Part shown: positions 9,005 to 19,383 of the stretch, in pieces | How the letters are laid out: each line of letters starts with the position of its first letter | Position numbering within the stretch: position 1 is the stretch's first letter | Virus record (IMG/VR): IMGVR_UViG_2529292830_000018 | Reading direction: 5' to 3' (one strand) | Length of the DNA stretch: 42,618 nt | Origin: a virus | Taxonomy: Duplodnaviria > Heunggongvirae > Uroviricota > Caudoviricetes | Program-made: the position numbers and the translations under genes | Notes under the pieces: generated by a model | What the model was told of the DNA's origin: nothing | What the model saw: only the letters and a program-made list of their open reading frames with translations | Database searches by the model: none

Positions 9005-9395
9005 CGTGAAGCAATTTCTTACTGTTATGTTCTTATTCATATCTTTTGGGGCTACAGCAGAGTGCTGGGTCGTTGGAGATATGCGCGGAATAAGCTATTC
9101 AGAACGAAATAATTTCCATCCGGAAGAAGATGGTTTTAGTGGAACATTCATCATTAAGACAAACGGTGAAGATGCCAGCATCACATATTCTGGGACAGAT
9201 GCGGGCGGCATGGCTTACAAAGCATTGTCTAAAAACTCCATCATAGGAATCGGCGCGAATGGCGAAACTCAACGCGTTATCGACTCATGGGTAATACATC
9301 CTACTGGAACAGTTTTAATGTCAAAAACCATTTCCGGTTATGGAAATATGGATTCAACCAAAGCTTTTGTTGGAAAAGTAAAAAGAAAATGCTAA
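9005..9395 (+). CDS. Hypothetical secreted protein (signal peptide)
   Basis: GTG start at 9005 preceded by AAGGAGG; N-terminus KQFLTVMFLFISFGATA-ECW looks like a Sec signal peptide; AT-rich; orientation opposite to the flanking phage genes. Confidence 0.5.
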
Positions 9396-9405
9396 GGATG
9401 TTGAT

Positions 9406-9612
9406 ATGAAAAAATTTACTATTGGGTTATTTGCAATCTTTTTACTTGTTTTGTCTGCATTTACTGGTTATGGGGTTAAATATTCATCAATAACTGACGG
9501 TAACAAGATTGAATGTAAATACCTAAGCGCTTCTGGAAAATTCTCCAGAAATTATTGGTACTCGGATAATGGGATCATGGGGATTAGCAATTGTCCTTTA
9601 GTTGACAGATAG
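9406..9612 (+). CDS. Hypothetical small secreted protein (signal peptide)
   Basis: 68 aa; MKKFTIGLFAIFLLVLSAFTG signal-peptide-like N-terminus; immediately downstream of 9005..9395. Confidence 0.45.
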   Translation: MKKFTIGLFAIFLLVLSAFTGYGVKYSSITDGNKIECKYLSASGKFSRNYWYSDNGIMGISNCPLVDR

Positions 9613-9672
9613 CCATCCTTGGCTTTATGGGGATTAACATGGTAACGGTTGGTTGGATTATCTCGTTCCTTG

Positions 9673-11826
9673 TTACATCTTTTGGTCGCCGTCACTGGCT
9701 GTAGTATCTTGCTGAGATAACCATGTAATAATCCCAGTGCGAGCAATGGTTTTTGCTTCATCTGTTGATAGGGTTTTCTCCCATCTCTTAAATGCCCCAG
9801 ATTGCATCAGTTTCCTTTCTATTGCGCGTCTCACTTCTGCTCTGTCTACTGGTGCGTTTTGCAGGCGAAATAGCATTGATTTAAACTCAGGAGAAGACAG
9901 TAGAGCATCAGCAGCCTTTATCCTGCTTGTTTTCCCTGACATCAATGCGGACGTTATCACCCCTGTTGCACCTACACCAGGAAGACCAGATAAGCTTGTA
10001 ACACCTTCCGCCGCAGCAGCTTTTGAGGCTATTCCATAAATTTTTGCTAGACTACCCTTTTCCTTCAGAAAGTTATTAACTTGCTGATCCACAAGGCTGC
10101 TAGCATACTGCTTACCAGTATTGAGTCTATTCATAGCCTTGGCTGCTTGATAAATCGTATCAAGGCGCTTTGATGCATCTGTGCCAATAGCATCACGGAG
10201 AGCCTTCATATTGGCCCCATTGCGTGACATTCCGTTATACCATTTTACAAATCCATCAACCCCTAATTGCTGACCTGGTGATTTAGCATAGCTGGTAAAT
10301 GCTTTATTCATTGAGGTGAGCGCAACTTCCTGCCGCATATCCTTTGGAATTGACTTCATTAATTGCCTAAAGTCACCACCGTTTCCTTTTGCCATATTAA
10401 CAACGGCACTTTCAACTTTTGGAATTGCTGATTGCTGAAGTTTTCTACCCAAAACGGTTACGGCATCATCTTCAATGGATTTTCGTGTTTTTACCAACTC
10501 CTTACCAAGCGTCCATAACTCCCCTGCGCCATATTTTTCTGCGACAGCCTGTTGGTCATCTGTTATAGCTGCATATAACTTTTTAAGAACACCTGTTTCT
10601 TCATCCTTGAATGGGCCAGAGCCTTTGCCAATAGCTTGCCCAACCTGCTTTCTAGCGAGATCTAAACGCCCATACGTTGGCAAGGTGTTTGGATCAAGTC
10701 GGTTCAATGTCCGCTTCATTATTGGAGATAATTCATCAATTCCACCTATGTCATCAGCAAAATCCTCTAAAAAATTCAATGTATTGGTTGCCTCAATACG
10801 GTCTCTTACTGGAACCTTTTCGGCAATTTTGTTGTAGATGTTATCTGACTGATTTTGTAATGATGAAATGGTTTTATCAAAATTATCTGCAAGCCTGTCA
10901 GAAACCAGTTGCTTATCAAGGTTTCCCCCAAATGAAGTTATCATTTCATCAGCTTTTCTTCCTAATTCAGTAATAAATCGCTTATGTGCCTCACTAATCT
11001 CTGTTCCAGGGAGGCTTGCCACTGCATTATCAAGAGCCCTGACAGCAGGATTATTAGAGATCATTCCTGGAGTGGCATAATTTTCCAGTTCTAGCTCACG
11101 GATGGCATTTATCGCGTTAAAATCAGGATTAACTTCATCGGCGAAACCTTGAATAGCTCGTTGCCCGCCAATAAATTTATTATCCATTGCGCCAGCAGCT
11201 TTCTTTAACGTTGCTTTAGATGATTTACTCCCCATCCCTACGGATGAGCGATAAATATCCCCGGCACTATTTTTAATTTTTCCTGCAATCTTCCCAAGCG
11301 CTGGACCAACAATCTCGGCTACAGGGCCAGCCACAGCGCCAATAGCAGCGCCGGAAGCAACATCGCTATTTGTTCCATTGGCTACAATAGCCCCTTCTCC
11401 AGCACCAAGCCCTGCGGCGGCAGCCAGCCTTGCCGCTCCTTTCGGAACCTGAGAAATAATCCCACCACCACTAACAAATGGCGCTGCTTGTCCAACAAAC
11501 TCACCAACATCTTGTGCGGTTGATGGTTTTGCCGCTAACTTCTGCTGTAGAGACTGAATTGCGGCTTGCTCTTCTGGTGTCATATCCTGAAACAGGCCAA
11601 CACCTTTACCAACATCCATCAATCCACTGAGAACGCCATACATAAAACGGTCGAAACCGTTAGCATTATTAACAACATTTTCCTGTCTGGAATTTTCCTC
11701 TGGTGAAACCAAAGGAGATTGCTGCTGTTCTGGTTGGGAATCAAGCACAAAGCCATCAGGAAGTTGTGAGTTATCAGGCTGTTCATCCAGAACAAACCCC
11801 TCTGGTAAACCTACATTGGTTGCCAT
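9673..11826 (-). CDS. Ejection (injection) protein, P22 gp16-like
   Basis: 717 aa; position after the gp20 homologue in P22 gene order; N-terminal tandem [11 protein letters not shown] / [11 protein letters not shown] repeat. Confidence 0.75.
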   Translation of the reverse strand: MATNVGLPEGFVLDEQPDNSQLPDGFVLDSQPEQQQSPLVSPEENSRQENVVNNANGFDRFMYGVLSGLMDVGKGVGLFQDMTPEEQAAIQSLQQKLAAKPSTAQDVGEFVGQAAPFVSGGGIISQVPKGAARLAAAAGLGAGEGAIVANGTNSDVASGAAIGAVAGPVAEIVGPALGKIAGKIKNSAGDIYRSSVGMGSKSSKATLKKAAGAMDNKFIGGQRAIQGFADEVNPDFNAINAIRELELENYATPGMISNNPAVRALDNAVASLPGTEISEAHKRFITELGRKADEMITSFGGNLDKQLVSDRLADNFDKTISSLQNQSDNIYNKIAEKVPVRDRIEATNTLNFLEDFADDIGGIDELSPIMKRTLNRLDPNTLPTYGRLDLARKQVGQAIGKGSGPFKDEETGVLKKLYAAITDDQQAVAEKYGAGELWTLGKELVKTRKSIEDDAVTVLGRKLQQSAIPKVESAVVNMAKGNGGDFRQLMKSIPKDMRQEVALTSMNKAFTSYAKSPGQQLGVDGFVKWYNGMSRNGANMKALRDAIGTDASKRLDTIYQAAKAMNRLNTGKQYASSLVDQQVNNFLKEKGSLAKIYGIASKAAAAEGVTSLSGLPGVGATGVITSALMSGKTSRIKAADALLSSPEFKSMLFRLQNAPVDRAEVRRAIERKLMQSGAFKRWEKTLSTDEAKTIARTGIITWLSQQDTTASDGDQKM

Positions 11827-13160
11827 TGTCCGTTCCTGTAAATAATTTTCTGACCAGTTTTAGGATTTTTCGCGGTCATACCTTCTCGAAATGTTTGACC
11901 GCCAGATGTTGCTTGTTGTGTCTGTTGTTGCGCAGGCTGCTGAATATCTTCATACAGCTTGGCTTTTCTGGATTGCAATTGCTTAGTTAGTCCGCTGGGG
12001 AGAGAATCTCCATAAGTTGAAAGATAATCATCCATTTGCTGATTAAACTTTTCGCCTTCAGTATTTGCCATCAGTTTTGAGGTGTTGATTAAGTCTTGGA
12101 CTTGCTCATTATTCAGCATCTTGCCGTTAGATAATTGGCTAACATAGTTACCAAGTGTGCCGAATATTCCATCAGTGCGTTTTACCTGCACTTGCTCACC
12201 TTCGCGTACCACAGATTGCGGATCCAGCGATTTCATATAGTTGAAAATCATTCCCAACTGCGCGGCTGGAGTGTTGCGCTTCCCAAGGGCTTGTAGGTTG
12301 TCAGAAGCACTGCGCATTGCAGAATAATTCTTTGAGAACCCATTAATATCACTATTCAGATCTCGAACAAGTTTTGGGTCAATCTTTCCGCTTTCCTGTT
12401 GCTTCATACCTAATTCCTGCAACTTCAGGGCGACGTTATCATTATGCATTTGTGCCCGCTGAGCCCTGTCTAGTTGAGCGTTCTGGATATTTGCCCATCC
12501 TCTCGCATTCTCCATGTCAGCCTGACGGATGCTTTCATCCAATCGCCCTTTCTCAAGTTGGCGACCAACCATCTTATCCTGATAATCCAGCATTTTATCC
12601 GGACCAACAGCCCCTAGCGTCATAGTAGTCAGCATGTGTGATAGCTGCTCTGGATTCTGAATACCTGTCTGAATCATCCAGTCAGCATTCGCCCCCACGC
12701 GATTTAACCTGTCCTTGTTGTCAGTAATGAATTTACTGTAGGCTTCCGGTCCCTGAGAAAGAGCGACGTTAGCCCTCATGGCTAAATCGCCCATATCGTT
12801 GCGTTGCTGCTCATTAAGACCGGAAAACGCCTGTTGTGCCTGTGCAACAAACGCTGGATTTTCCTTGGCAAACTTAAATAGTCCCGATGGATCACCAGAA
12901 GCCCATGCATCAGCATGAACCTTATTGAACGCACTAATAGCTTTCTGTTGCTGTTCCTGCTTATAAATATCAGCAACTCCAGCCAGACCACGTAACGCGG
13001 TCAGACCGACGTTATTTGCACCTGATCGAGCCAGTTCATTGTTTTCGCGAATCAGACCAAGCGTTGCGTTAATGTCGCTTGCCTTTGGTGCATTCTCATT
13101 TTGCGTACCAATGCCAGCCAGAAAACCACCAGAATTAATACCCTGTTGCCACGTAGCCAT
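11811..13160 (-). CDS. Ejection protein, P22 gp20-like
   Basis: 449 aa; between gp7 and gp16 homologues; P22 gene order. Confidence 0.75.
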   Translation of the reverse strand: MATWQQGINSGGFLAGIGTQNENAPKASDINATLGLIRENNELARSGANNVGLTALRGLAGVADIYKQEQQQKAISAFNKVHADAWASGDPSGLFKFAKENPAFVAQAQQAFSGLNEQQRNDMGDLAMRANVALSQGPEAYSKFITDNKDRLNRVGANADWMIQTGIQNPEQLSHMLTTMTLGAVGPDKMLDYQDKMVGRQLEKGRLDESIRQADMENARGWANIQNAQLDRAQRAQMHNDNVALKLQELGMKQQESGKIDPKLVRDLNSDINGFSKNYSAMRSASDNLQALGKRNTPAAQLGMIFNYMKSLDPQSVVREGEQVQVKRTDGIFGTLGNYVSQLSNGKMLNNEQVQDLINTSKLMANTEGEKFNQQMDDYLSTYGDSLPSGLTKQLQSRKAKLYEDIQQPAQQQTQQATSGGQTFREGMTAKNPKTGQKIIYRNGQWQPM

Positions 13161-13170
13161 TGATTAACCC

Positions 13171-13863
13171 TTAAAACAGTGAACCAAGCAGACCAAGACC
13201 AGCACCAATACCAGCCCCCCACGGAGTTGATAGCTCGAGAGCACTGGCTATGCCACCACCCAAAAGCGCACCGGATGCAGCACCACTAACACCCTGCTGC
13301 AATGCTGACGGTCGGTTGGCGTTTGCCGCCGCCAGTGCTGCGCTTTGCTGCGAAATCTGACTCATGTTGTTGGCATATGTTTGCCCGGCGTTTGCCTGTC
13401 CCTGAAGAGCGCCAAGACCGATATTTGCCAGGTTGTTGTAATTGTTCATTTGTCCAGATAGCCATTGCTGACCAAGCGTTGGTGCGATTGTTGCTAACTG
13501 ATTACCGGTTGCAGTGGAACCCAATCCACCTGTTGCTTCCGCTGCCGCCAGACTCTGATAGCGAGCCTGACCAGCAAGATCTTTGTACTGCTGAGAGTTG
13601 TAATACTGGTTAAGCGCCTGACCTTGCCCTTCCAGAGACGATAAGTTCTCGAGGCTGCCGAGATACTTATCAGCCAGAGGAGTAAACGGCTTCAGGTTGT
13701 TCATGATGGTGTTGAACTGCTTATTCTGCAGGTCTGCGGCATACTTCTGAGCTTCTGCGGCATACTTTGCGCTTTTATCAGAGCTGCCACCTTTCCCGCC
13801 TTTTTCAGGGCAATAAGGTTCCTCGCCGCGCAGTTTTCTGCCCAGCTTAAATGCATATAACAT
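13171..13863 (-). CDS. Ejection protein, P22 gp7-like
   Basis: 230 aa; MLYAFKLGRKLRGEEPYCPEKGGKGG and C-terminal STPWGA...GLLGSLF closely match recalled P22 gp7. Confidence 0.85.
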   Translation of the reverse strand: MLYAFKLGRKLRGEEPYCPEKGGKGGSSDKSAKYAAEAQKYAADLQNKQFNTIMNNLKPFTPLADKYLGSLENLSSLEGQGQALNQYYNSQQYKDLAGQARYQSLAAAEATGGLGSTATGNQLATIAPTLGQQWLSGQMNNYNNLANIGLGALQGQANAGQTYANNMSQISQQSAALAAANANRPSALQQGVSGAASGALLGGGIASALELSTPWGAGIGAGLGLLGSLF

Positions 13864-13865
13864 GG

Positions 13866-14321
13866 CTATCTCCCGTGATTCAGGAAGTCGATTAGTTCTT
13901 CGCGTGTGGCGCTGTAAAACGTCACGTCATCCACGCCTTTGAAGTATTTATTGATGGTTCCTACACGCTTAAGGCCAATCATTGCGCAGTACATCTGCCC
14001 GTGGCGGAATTTGCGTGCAGCGAACGATGTGACGCACTGAACGGTGGTGTTAGTCAGAATGTATCGCCAGAACGCCAGCCCGATTTCCTTGCTGAAGCCG
14101 CGAATCTCTGGCAGGTACATGGCGTGGCAATCGAATGTCAGCGGCTGAATCTCCTGATAGTAAACAATGCCGCCGAACTGCCCGTGCACGTTAACCTCAA
14201 AGTAACGGCATTCAGGCTTGTAGTCGTATCCATCGCCGTTGTTGCTCCCGGCAATAATGTCAGGGTGATTTCCGACTGCTTCTATCAGGTCGATGTTTCG
14301 CGTTGGTTTGAATGTAATCAT
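13866..14321 (-). CDS. Ejection/assembly protein, P22 gp14-like
   Basis: 151 aa; position between gp26 and gp7 homologues. Confidence 0.55.
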   Translation of the reverse strand: MITFKPTRNIDLIEAVGNHPDIIAGSNNGDGYDYKPECRYFEVNVHGQFGGIVYYQEIQPLTFDCHAMYLPEIRGFSKEIGLAFWRYILTNTTVQCVTSFAARKFRHGQMYCAMIGLKRVGTINKYFKGVDDVTFYSATREELIDFLNHGR

Positions 14322-15022
14322 CAGTCAATCAGCCCATGTAATCTAAGTGCTGTTTCAAGCGCCAGAATACGCTGCCGCGCCTGCTCCAAACCTGTAGCGA
14401 TAGCTGCGACTTCGGATTGTGTGTACGTAGTGCCGACCGTGTATGACTGGTTAGCGTTGAATGAGCCAAGAAGAGGTGTACCTGTGGCTGCAGTCCATCC
14501 GGTATTTCTTGCTCCAACAACCTGAATTCCATCAACTGAATATGATGTTTTTACATCCAGCGGTGACGCAAGAGACTGCGATTCTGTTACGGTTTTCGAT
14601 ACGTAATCACTCTTAATGCCAGAGACATCGTTTTCTACGTCATCCAGTCTTTGGTCAACAGTGACCAGATGCCCCTGAATATCGATAACCTCATCCAGCA
14701 AGTAATCAACATCGCTACGCAGTACGACTATCTTCCCTTCGGCGGTTGTTAACCTGACCTCAAGGAGATTTATCGCTTTTGTGTTTGCGGTGATTCTTGC
14801 GTCGTGATCAGCCAGTTCGACGTCCTGTTCATCGTTTTTTACCTGGGCTTCGTAAGCGCCCTGACCAGCATGATTTGCCTTCCCGGCAATTGCGCCGACA
14901 TCAGCTCCCTGATTTATGACATATAGCAGGTAAGACTGGCTGAATATATTGCGTGGCAAAATTGAAGCATCAAGGCGCGTAGCCTGAACCGCGACAGGAT
15001 TATTCAGTGATGAATCCGCCAT
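14321..15022 (-). CDS. Tail needle protein, P22 gp26-like
   Basis: 233 aa, the same length as P22 gp26; [25 protein letters not shown] and C-terminal [25 protein letters not shown] match the recalled P22 needle. Confidence 0.85.
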   Translation of the reverse strand: MADSSLNNPVAVQATRLDASILPRNIFSQSYLLYVINQGADVGAIAGKANHAGQGAYEAQVKNDEQDVELADHDARITANTKAINLLEVRLTTAEGKIVVLRSDVDYLLDEVIDIQGHLVTVDQRLDDVENDVSGIKSDYVSKTVTESQSLASPLDVKTSYSVDGIQVVGARNTGWTAATGTPLLGSFNANQSYTVGTTYTQSEVAAIATGLEQARQRILALETALRLHGLID

Positions 15023-16440
15023 TACTCAATCCTTATCTGAGCGCCAGACAGAGTTACAGGTGACTTCGTGATAACGCGAAGTTTGAAGCCGACATTTTTC
15101 CTGATTCGCCCGACACGCTTCCACAAAACGCGTTTGTCGTAAACGAACGGTTCATTCTGCTCAATCATCTGCTCACGTCCGTAATTTATGCCGTCAGTGG
15201 TTGCAGAGAGGAACAGGCGGTCGGCGTACTGCGCAACGCCAGTTGACGATTCAACCTCAAGGTCAAACACTCTTGCGTTATCCGCTGTGAACAATGGAGT
15301 AAACAGCAGGTGTTCCTGTTGCTTGTCGTACTGGCTGCTGATATCGAACTGCAATTTACCGGTAACCGATTCCAGCTTATCGCCGCACGTTATCTGATTG
15401 CCTTCGTAAATGAAGTCGATAGCGCGGTACACATCGTCATACAGGCCTGTTTTCAACACACACCATTGCGGACCATTGGCGCTTGAAGATGCGTCGTATA
15501 CGAGGACGTGGCGCGGAAGATGGATAATCAGCAACTCATGCGCATCAAACCGCAACGATTCCATCACGCCATCAGCCAGTTCATCAGCAGTGTAGGAGCG
15601 GAGGATTTTCTCAATGCTCGCGCTGGCGATTGGTGACACCTGACCGGAACCGATGATATACACAGACGGCGCACCTGTTGCCGGATTGCTGATAAACGCA
15701 TAGGAATCAGCAAACGGCGTTTTGCAGTAAGTTCCGGCAATACCTTTCTGCACCATCAGTGATGGCTGTGCGACATACAGAGCAGCCCCAACAGTGGTTG
15801 CACCAGTCAGGGAGAAATATTCAATCGTCGATGAACCAAAGCAGACGATGAAGTCTCGCCATGTGCCGATGCCAATGATGCCGTCCGGCTGCGATTCTGC
15901 GCGATATTGTGCGCTGTAGCGGTCAGGATGCGATTCGTCTTCAAGATCAGTGATAAACCATGAATCAGTGCCGTCTTTTGACCACGCATAACGCCCACGT
16001 AAGCGCGTAATGTCACGAACCGAACCTAACTCATACTGCGTGAATCCGCTGCCTGTAGGCCAGTTTGAGACGGTTTTAACCGTGCCATCATAGCGATACT
16101 CAACCAGTTGACCATTAACGCCTACAGCCTGAGATGTTCGACCATGCGCCATTGATACGCGACCACTTCCGGCAACATCACCAACCTCGCTTTCTCCTTT
16201 GTACAGTTTGCCACCACACACGCGATAAACAGCACTCTGCGCCATGTTGTACTCGACGCCTCGCGATACTCCGTTCACATCAGAACGTTTGGCAATGCCC
16301 GGGAATGAACGAAGATATCCGCTGCTGTTAAGGATTTCTTTGGGTGTAGCCAACATATTCACTGGCAGATAGTCGATATAGTCGGCGTTTCGGAAGTCTT
16401 TGCCGACACCTTTCATGAGCGGAAGTTGCTGAATCGGCAT
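15022..16440 (-). CDS. Tail hub protein, P22 gp10-like
   Basis: 472 aa (P22 gp10 is 472 aa); gene order. Confidence 0.8.
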   Translation of the reverse strand: MPIQQLPLMKGVGKDFRNADYIDYLPVNMLATPKEILNSSGYLRSFPGIAKRSDVNGVSRGVEYNMAQSAVYRVCGGKLYKGESEVGDVAGSGRVSMAHGRTSQAVGVNGQLVEYRYDGTVKTVSNWPTGSGFTQYELGSVRDITRLRGRYAWSKDGTDSWFITDLEDESHPDRYSAQYRAESQPDGIIGIGTWRDFIVCFGSSTIEYFSLTGATTVGAALYVAQPSLMVQKGIAGTYCKTPFADSYAFISNPATGAPSVYIIGSGQVSPIASASIEKILRSYTADELADGVMESLRFDAHELLIIHLPRHVLVYDASSSANGPQWCVLKTGLYDDVYRAIDFIYEGNQITCGDKLESVTGKLQFDISSQYDKQQEHLLFTPLFTADNARVFDLEVESSTGVAQYADRLFLSATTDGINYGREQMIEQNEPFVYDKRVLWKRVGRIRKNVGFKLRVITKSPVTLSGAQIRIE

Positions 16441-16449
16441 TTATTCACC

Positions 16450-16911
16450 TCACGTACTCGGATCATCTTTCTCGATGTAAAACCGATTCCACGTAAACGC
16501 GCTTTTGTTACCACTGCCGCGAGGCATGTCATTTCGCCGCTCAAGTGGTGGTATTTTGGTTAAAGCGATACAGATTGTTTGATATGCACTGTCAGCAGCG
16601 GTAAGGAGAGCGTCTGACGGCTGAATGACGTTGTCCATGCACGCTTGCACAGCGAGTTTCAAAGCGACGCCATCATTTGCCCATGCAGGGATACCTGAAT
16701 CATCGTCAGGTAACGGCATGATGCCGTTTTCTGTATCAGCAAACTGATACCCAAGCTCGATACCTTTCGCCTGCCATGCTGCCATCATGTCTTCGAGGTC
16801 ATTAATGGCATCTTCAATTGCCTGAGGGTCAGCATCTGTCAACGTGGCATTGGAATACAGCCCGGCTTTTCGTAAAGCCTTAAGAACGAGATCACCCTTC
16901 GTTTTCGCCAT
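16450..16911 (-). CDS. Head-to-tail adaptor, P22 gp4-like
   Basis: 153 aa; gene order between coat and gp10. Confidence 0.7.
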   Translation of the reverse strand: MAKTKGDLVLKALRKAGLYSNATLTDADPQAIEDAINDLEDMMAAWQAKGIELGYQFADTENGIMPLPDDDSGIPAWANDGVALKLAVQACMDNVIQPSDALLTAADSAYQTICIALTKIPPLERRNDMPRGSGNKSAFTWNRFYIEKDDPST

Positions 16912-17080
16912 CTTCTTCCGCCTTAGCCACTTTTTGCTTCGTTGCGGTTTCTTCAGGAGTTTTTACCCAACCTTTTTTCAGGTGAGATTTAACTTCTTCG
17001 TCATCAACAATGATGTAATCGACAGCAAACTGACCACAGGTGATCATGTTGCCCGGCTTATAGAGCATTGTTCGTGCCAT
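16892..17080 (-). CDS. Hypothetical small protein between coat and gp4
   Basis: Start chosen at MARTMLYKPG (ATG 17080) preceded by GGGAGAAG; the track ORF is longer (to 17119) but would overlap the coat terminator. Confidence 0.4.
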   Translation of the reverse strand: MARTMLYKPGNMITCGQFAVDYIIVDDEEVKSHLKKGWVKTPEETATKQKVAKAEEDGENEG

Positions 17081-17090
17081 TGTCTTCTCC

Positions 17091-17114
17091 CAATAAAAAT
17101 GGGGCCGAAGCCCC
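17091..17114 (-). terminator. Rho-independent terminator after the coat gene
   Basis: Minus-strand GGGGC-ttcg-GCCCC followed by ATTTTTATT. Confidence 0.6.
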
Positions 17115-17121
17115 ACCAAAA

Positions 17122-18381
17122 TTACTGCCCGGCAATAACGATGCCCGTATATTCAGGAACAAGTACAGAGCAGCCGTACAGAGTGGTGAAACGCGCAGTG
17201 GTTACGCCTTTGATGTGGTCGAAGGCGTAAGACATAATCAGCGTAGCGCCCTGCTCGGTGGTTGCCGTCATTACCTGTGGACCCTGACCAGTCGGGAACG
17301 CCAGTTTGCCGTACATCAGCTCAACAGAACCATCAGCCCAGAACAGGTTAGCAGGTGCTGCGTTCTTGTTGAGAATGGTGATTGCTGCAGTTTCTGCCGG
17401 CTTGGCATCGACGTTTGCATATGGACGGCTCGCAACATCGGCATTTCCAACAGGGAGAATCTTTGGAGAGATTGTTACGGTGGTTCCTGCTGTGTCTACT
17501 GCCAGAACGCGGAATACCTGCGGCTGCCCGGTGGTATCTTTGGTGATCTGGTGTACGGAATTCACACCTGCGATGGTAAACGCATCGCCAACCTGCAAGC
17601 CTTTAGCAGATACCGTAATGGTCCCCTGTCGGTTATCAACAGGCATGCCATTTGAATCTTTCGCTTCAACCTTGTGTTCAGGTTGATTTGATACTGTCAA
17701 GGTTTCAGTGCTTCCTGCCGGTAATCGACCGGAAATATCGGTCTTGTAGCTATCAAAGGAAGCAACCGGAGGGATCTGCGCTTTTTCGTATGCTGTCAGG
17801 GTTGCGCCCTGAGCGTAGGCACGGTGACCAAGCTCGCCAGCAAGGTCTTTGTAGTTGAATGGGTTCCAGAAAGAGCGACGGTTGATACCCTGAGGTACAC
17901 CAATCGCCGTCATGGTGGCATCAATATCTGCCGCACCATTCCACAAGGCAAGGCCCCGTGAGCCATTTTCTGAGGCAGGAATTGCGACCACGTTAGTAGC
18001 ACGCTGCGTGACCATGGAAATCAGGTCAGAGTCAATCTGTGCAGCAAGGCGCATACCTGCGGCTCGACCAGCTTCAGTTTTATGTTCCGGGTCACGCATT
18101 TCACGCGCATCCAGAGTGTACAGAATGTTTTTCGGCTCCTTGAACACAGAAGGAACAAGGCGCTGAACCAGTGCTGTTGGTGTTTTTTCGCTGAGGTCCA
18201 AGCCCTCCTCAATGTTCATGTGGTAATGCTGCGGACGATACAGAACATCACCTGCTCGCTGCATTGCTGTATCACCGGGACGGAATTTTTTAGCGTTACG
18301 GGAAACTACGCAGGCGGCCTCAAAGCCTTCAACGTAGTTTTCGAACATGATTTCAAGGTCTTTTGCTAATTGGTTAGCCAT
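17122..18381 (-). CDS. Major capsid (coat) protein, P22 gp5-like
   Basis: 419 aa; position and moderate similarity to recalled P22 coat. Confidence 0.85.
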   Translation of the reverse strand: MANQLAKDLEIMFENYVEGFEAACVVSRNAKKFRPGDTAMQRAGDVLYRPQHYHMNIEEGLDLSEKTPTALVQRLVPSVFKEPKNILYTLDAREMRDPEHKTEAGRAAGMRLAAQIDSDLISMVTQRATNVVAIPASENGSRGLALWNGAADIDATMTAIGVPQGINRRSFWNPFNYKDLAGELGHRAYAQGATLTAYEKAQIPPVASFDSYKTDISGRLPAGSTETLTVSNQPEHKVEAKDSNGMPVDNRQGTITVSAKGLQVGDAFTIAGVNSVHQITKDTTGQPQVFRVLAVDTAGTTVTISPKILPVGNADVASRPYANVDAKPAETAAITILNKNAAPANLFWADGSVELMYGKLAFPTGQGPQVMTATTEQGATLIMSYAFDHIKGVTTARFTTLYGCSVLVPEYTGIVIAGQ

Positions 18382-18399
18382 GCTTAATGCTCCGATAGG

Positions 18400-19293
18400 T
18401 TATTTTTTTGCCTTTTTAGCGGCGAAATACGGCGTCCAGTCACCAGTTTCCAGCGCCTTGGCTTTCAGTTTGTCGAGGTTATTGATTACTGCGCCGTTGC
18501 TCCCCTTAACTGTCGGGGTTGTGGCTGCCGTGGTTTTTGCTTTTGGCATGATTCTGGCCTTCGATTCGATACGTTCCAGCAGACGACCAATTGCTACGGG
18601 GTTGGTAGCTTCTGCCAGTTGCTTGCGCAGTTCAGCGTTGCGACCAAGCGCCAGAACAACGATTTCCGGCTTCTCTGACTCAAACAGGATCGCGCTTTGT
18701 GTCTCGATGGGGATTTCCTCGAGTACGGCCTGTTCTGCTTCCTGATAGCCAGGAACCTTGAGAGCCTTAACACGTTGCTGATATTTGGATAATCGCTCTT
18801 GATAGGCAGCCTGAAGCTCCTGCTCCTTCTGCTTGCGAGCCATCTCCTGTTGCTGGTACTTGCCGTTATCCTCTGCCCACTTAGCCATGCGTTGCTGGTA
18901 GATTTCTTCATCGAAACCGATGTCCTCATCGTCCAGTTTTGGCATTCGCGGTGGTTGAGTGATTACCGGCTGCTGCTCGACGGGTTTCTGAGACTGACGC
19001 ATCAGCTCTTTCAGCTCGCGGTCTTTCTCTTTAATCGTCTTGCGCAGGTGTTTTACCAGTCCATGCTCTGCGCCATCTTCGCTGGTTGGCGAATCCAGCT
19101 TTTCGTCACCAAAGTAGAATTCCTGTTCTGATTCGTCGTCATCAGTTTCAGTAGCTTCCTCTGCATCATTGCCGGAGGACTCACTGCCATCTTCTGTTTC
19201 GACTTCTTCAGCCAGTTCGACATCATCAGGAATCTGCTCTGATGTATCGGTTTCGATTTCAACTTCTGGTGTGTTTTCTGCCATCTGGTCCAT
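18400..19293 (-). CDS. Scaffolding protein, P22 gp8-like
   Basis: 297 aa; acidic N-terminus, coiled-coil core, basic C-terminus (AAKKAKK); between portal and coat. Confidence 0.8.
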   Translation of the reverse strand: MDQMAENTPEVEIETDTSEQIPDDVELAEEVETEDGSESSGNDAEEATETDDDESEQEFYFGDEKLDSPTSEDGAEHGLVKHLRKTIKEKDRELKELMRQSQKPVEQQPVITQPPRMPKLDDEDIGFDEEIYQQRMAKWAEDNGKYQQQEMARKQKEQELQAAYQERLSKYQQRVKALKVPGYQEAEQAVLEEIPIETQSAILFESEKPEIVVLALGRNAELRKQLAEATNPVAIGRLLERIESKARIMPKAKTTAATTPTVKGSNGAVINNLDKLKAKALETGDWTPYFAAKKAKK

Positions 19294-19383
19294 TTGTTAC
19301 CCCTGTTTACTCGATGTTCAGCCCATCGGAAGGCAATAGGGTGCCAGGCCTCATAAAGACAGCCATTGCACGTTATGGGTTAA

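Noticed and set aside
14001-14525. 174-aa plus-strand ORF, and similar antisense ORFs such as 17068..17655, 17306..17686, 18347..18745, 19414..19938, 20932..21279 and 22271..22675
   Set aside because: All lie entirely within, and antisense to, well-supported structural genes; GC-rich coding regions routinely give long shadow ORFs; no RBS or independent support.
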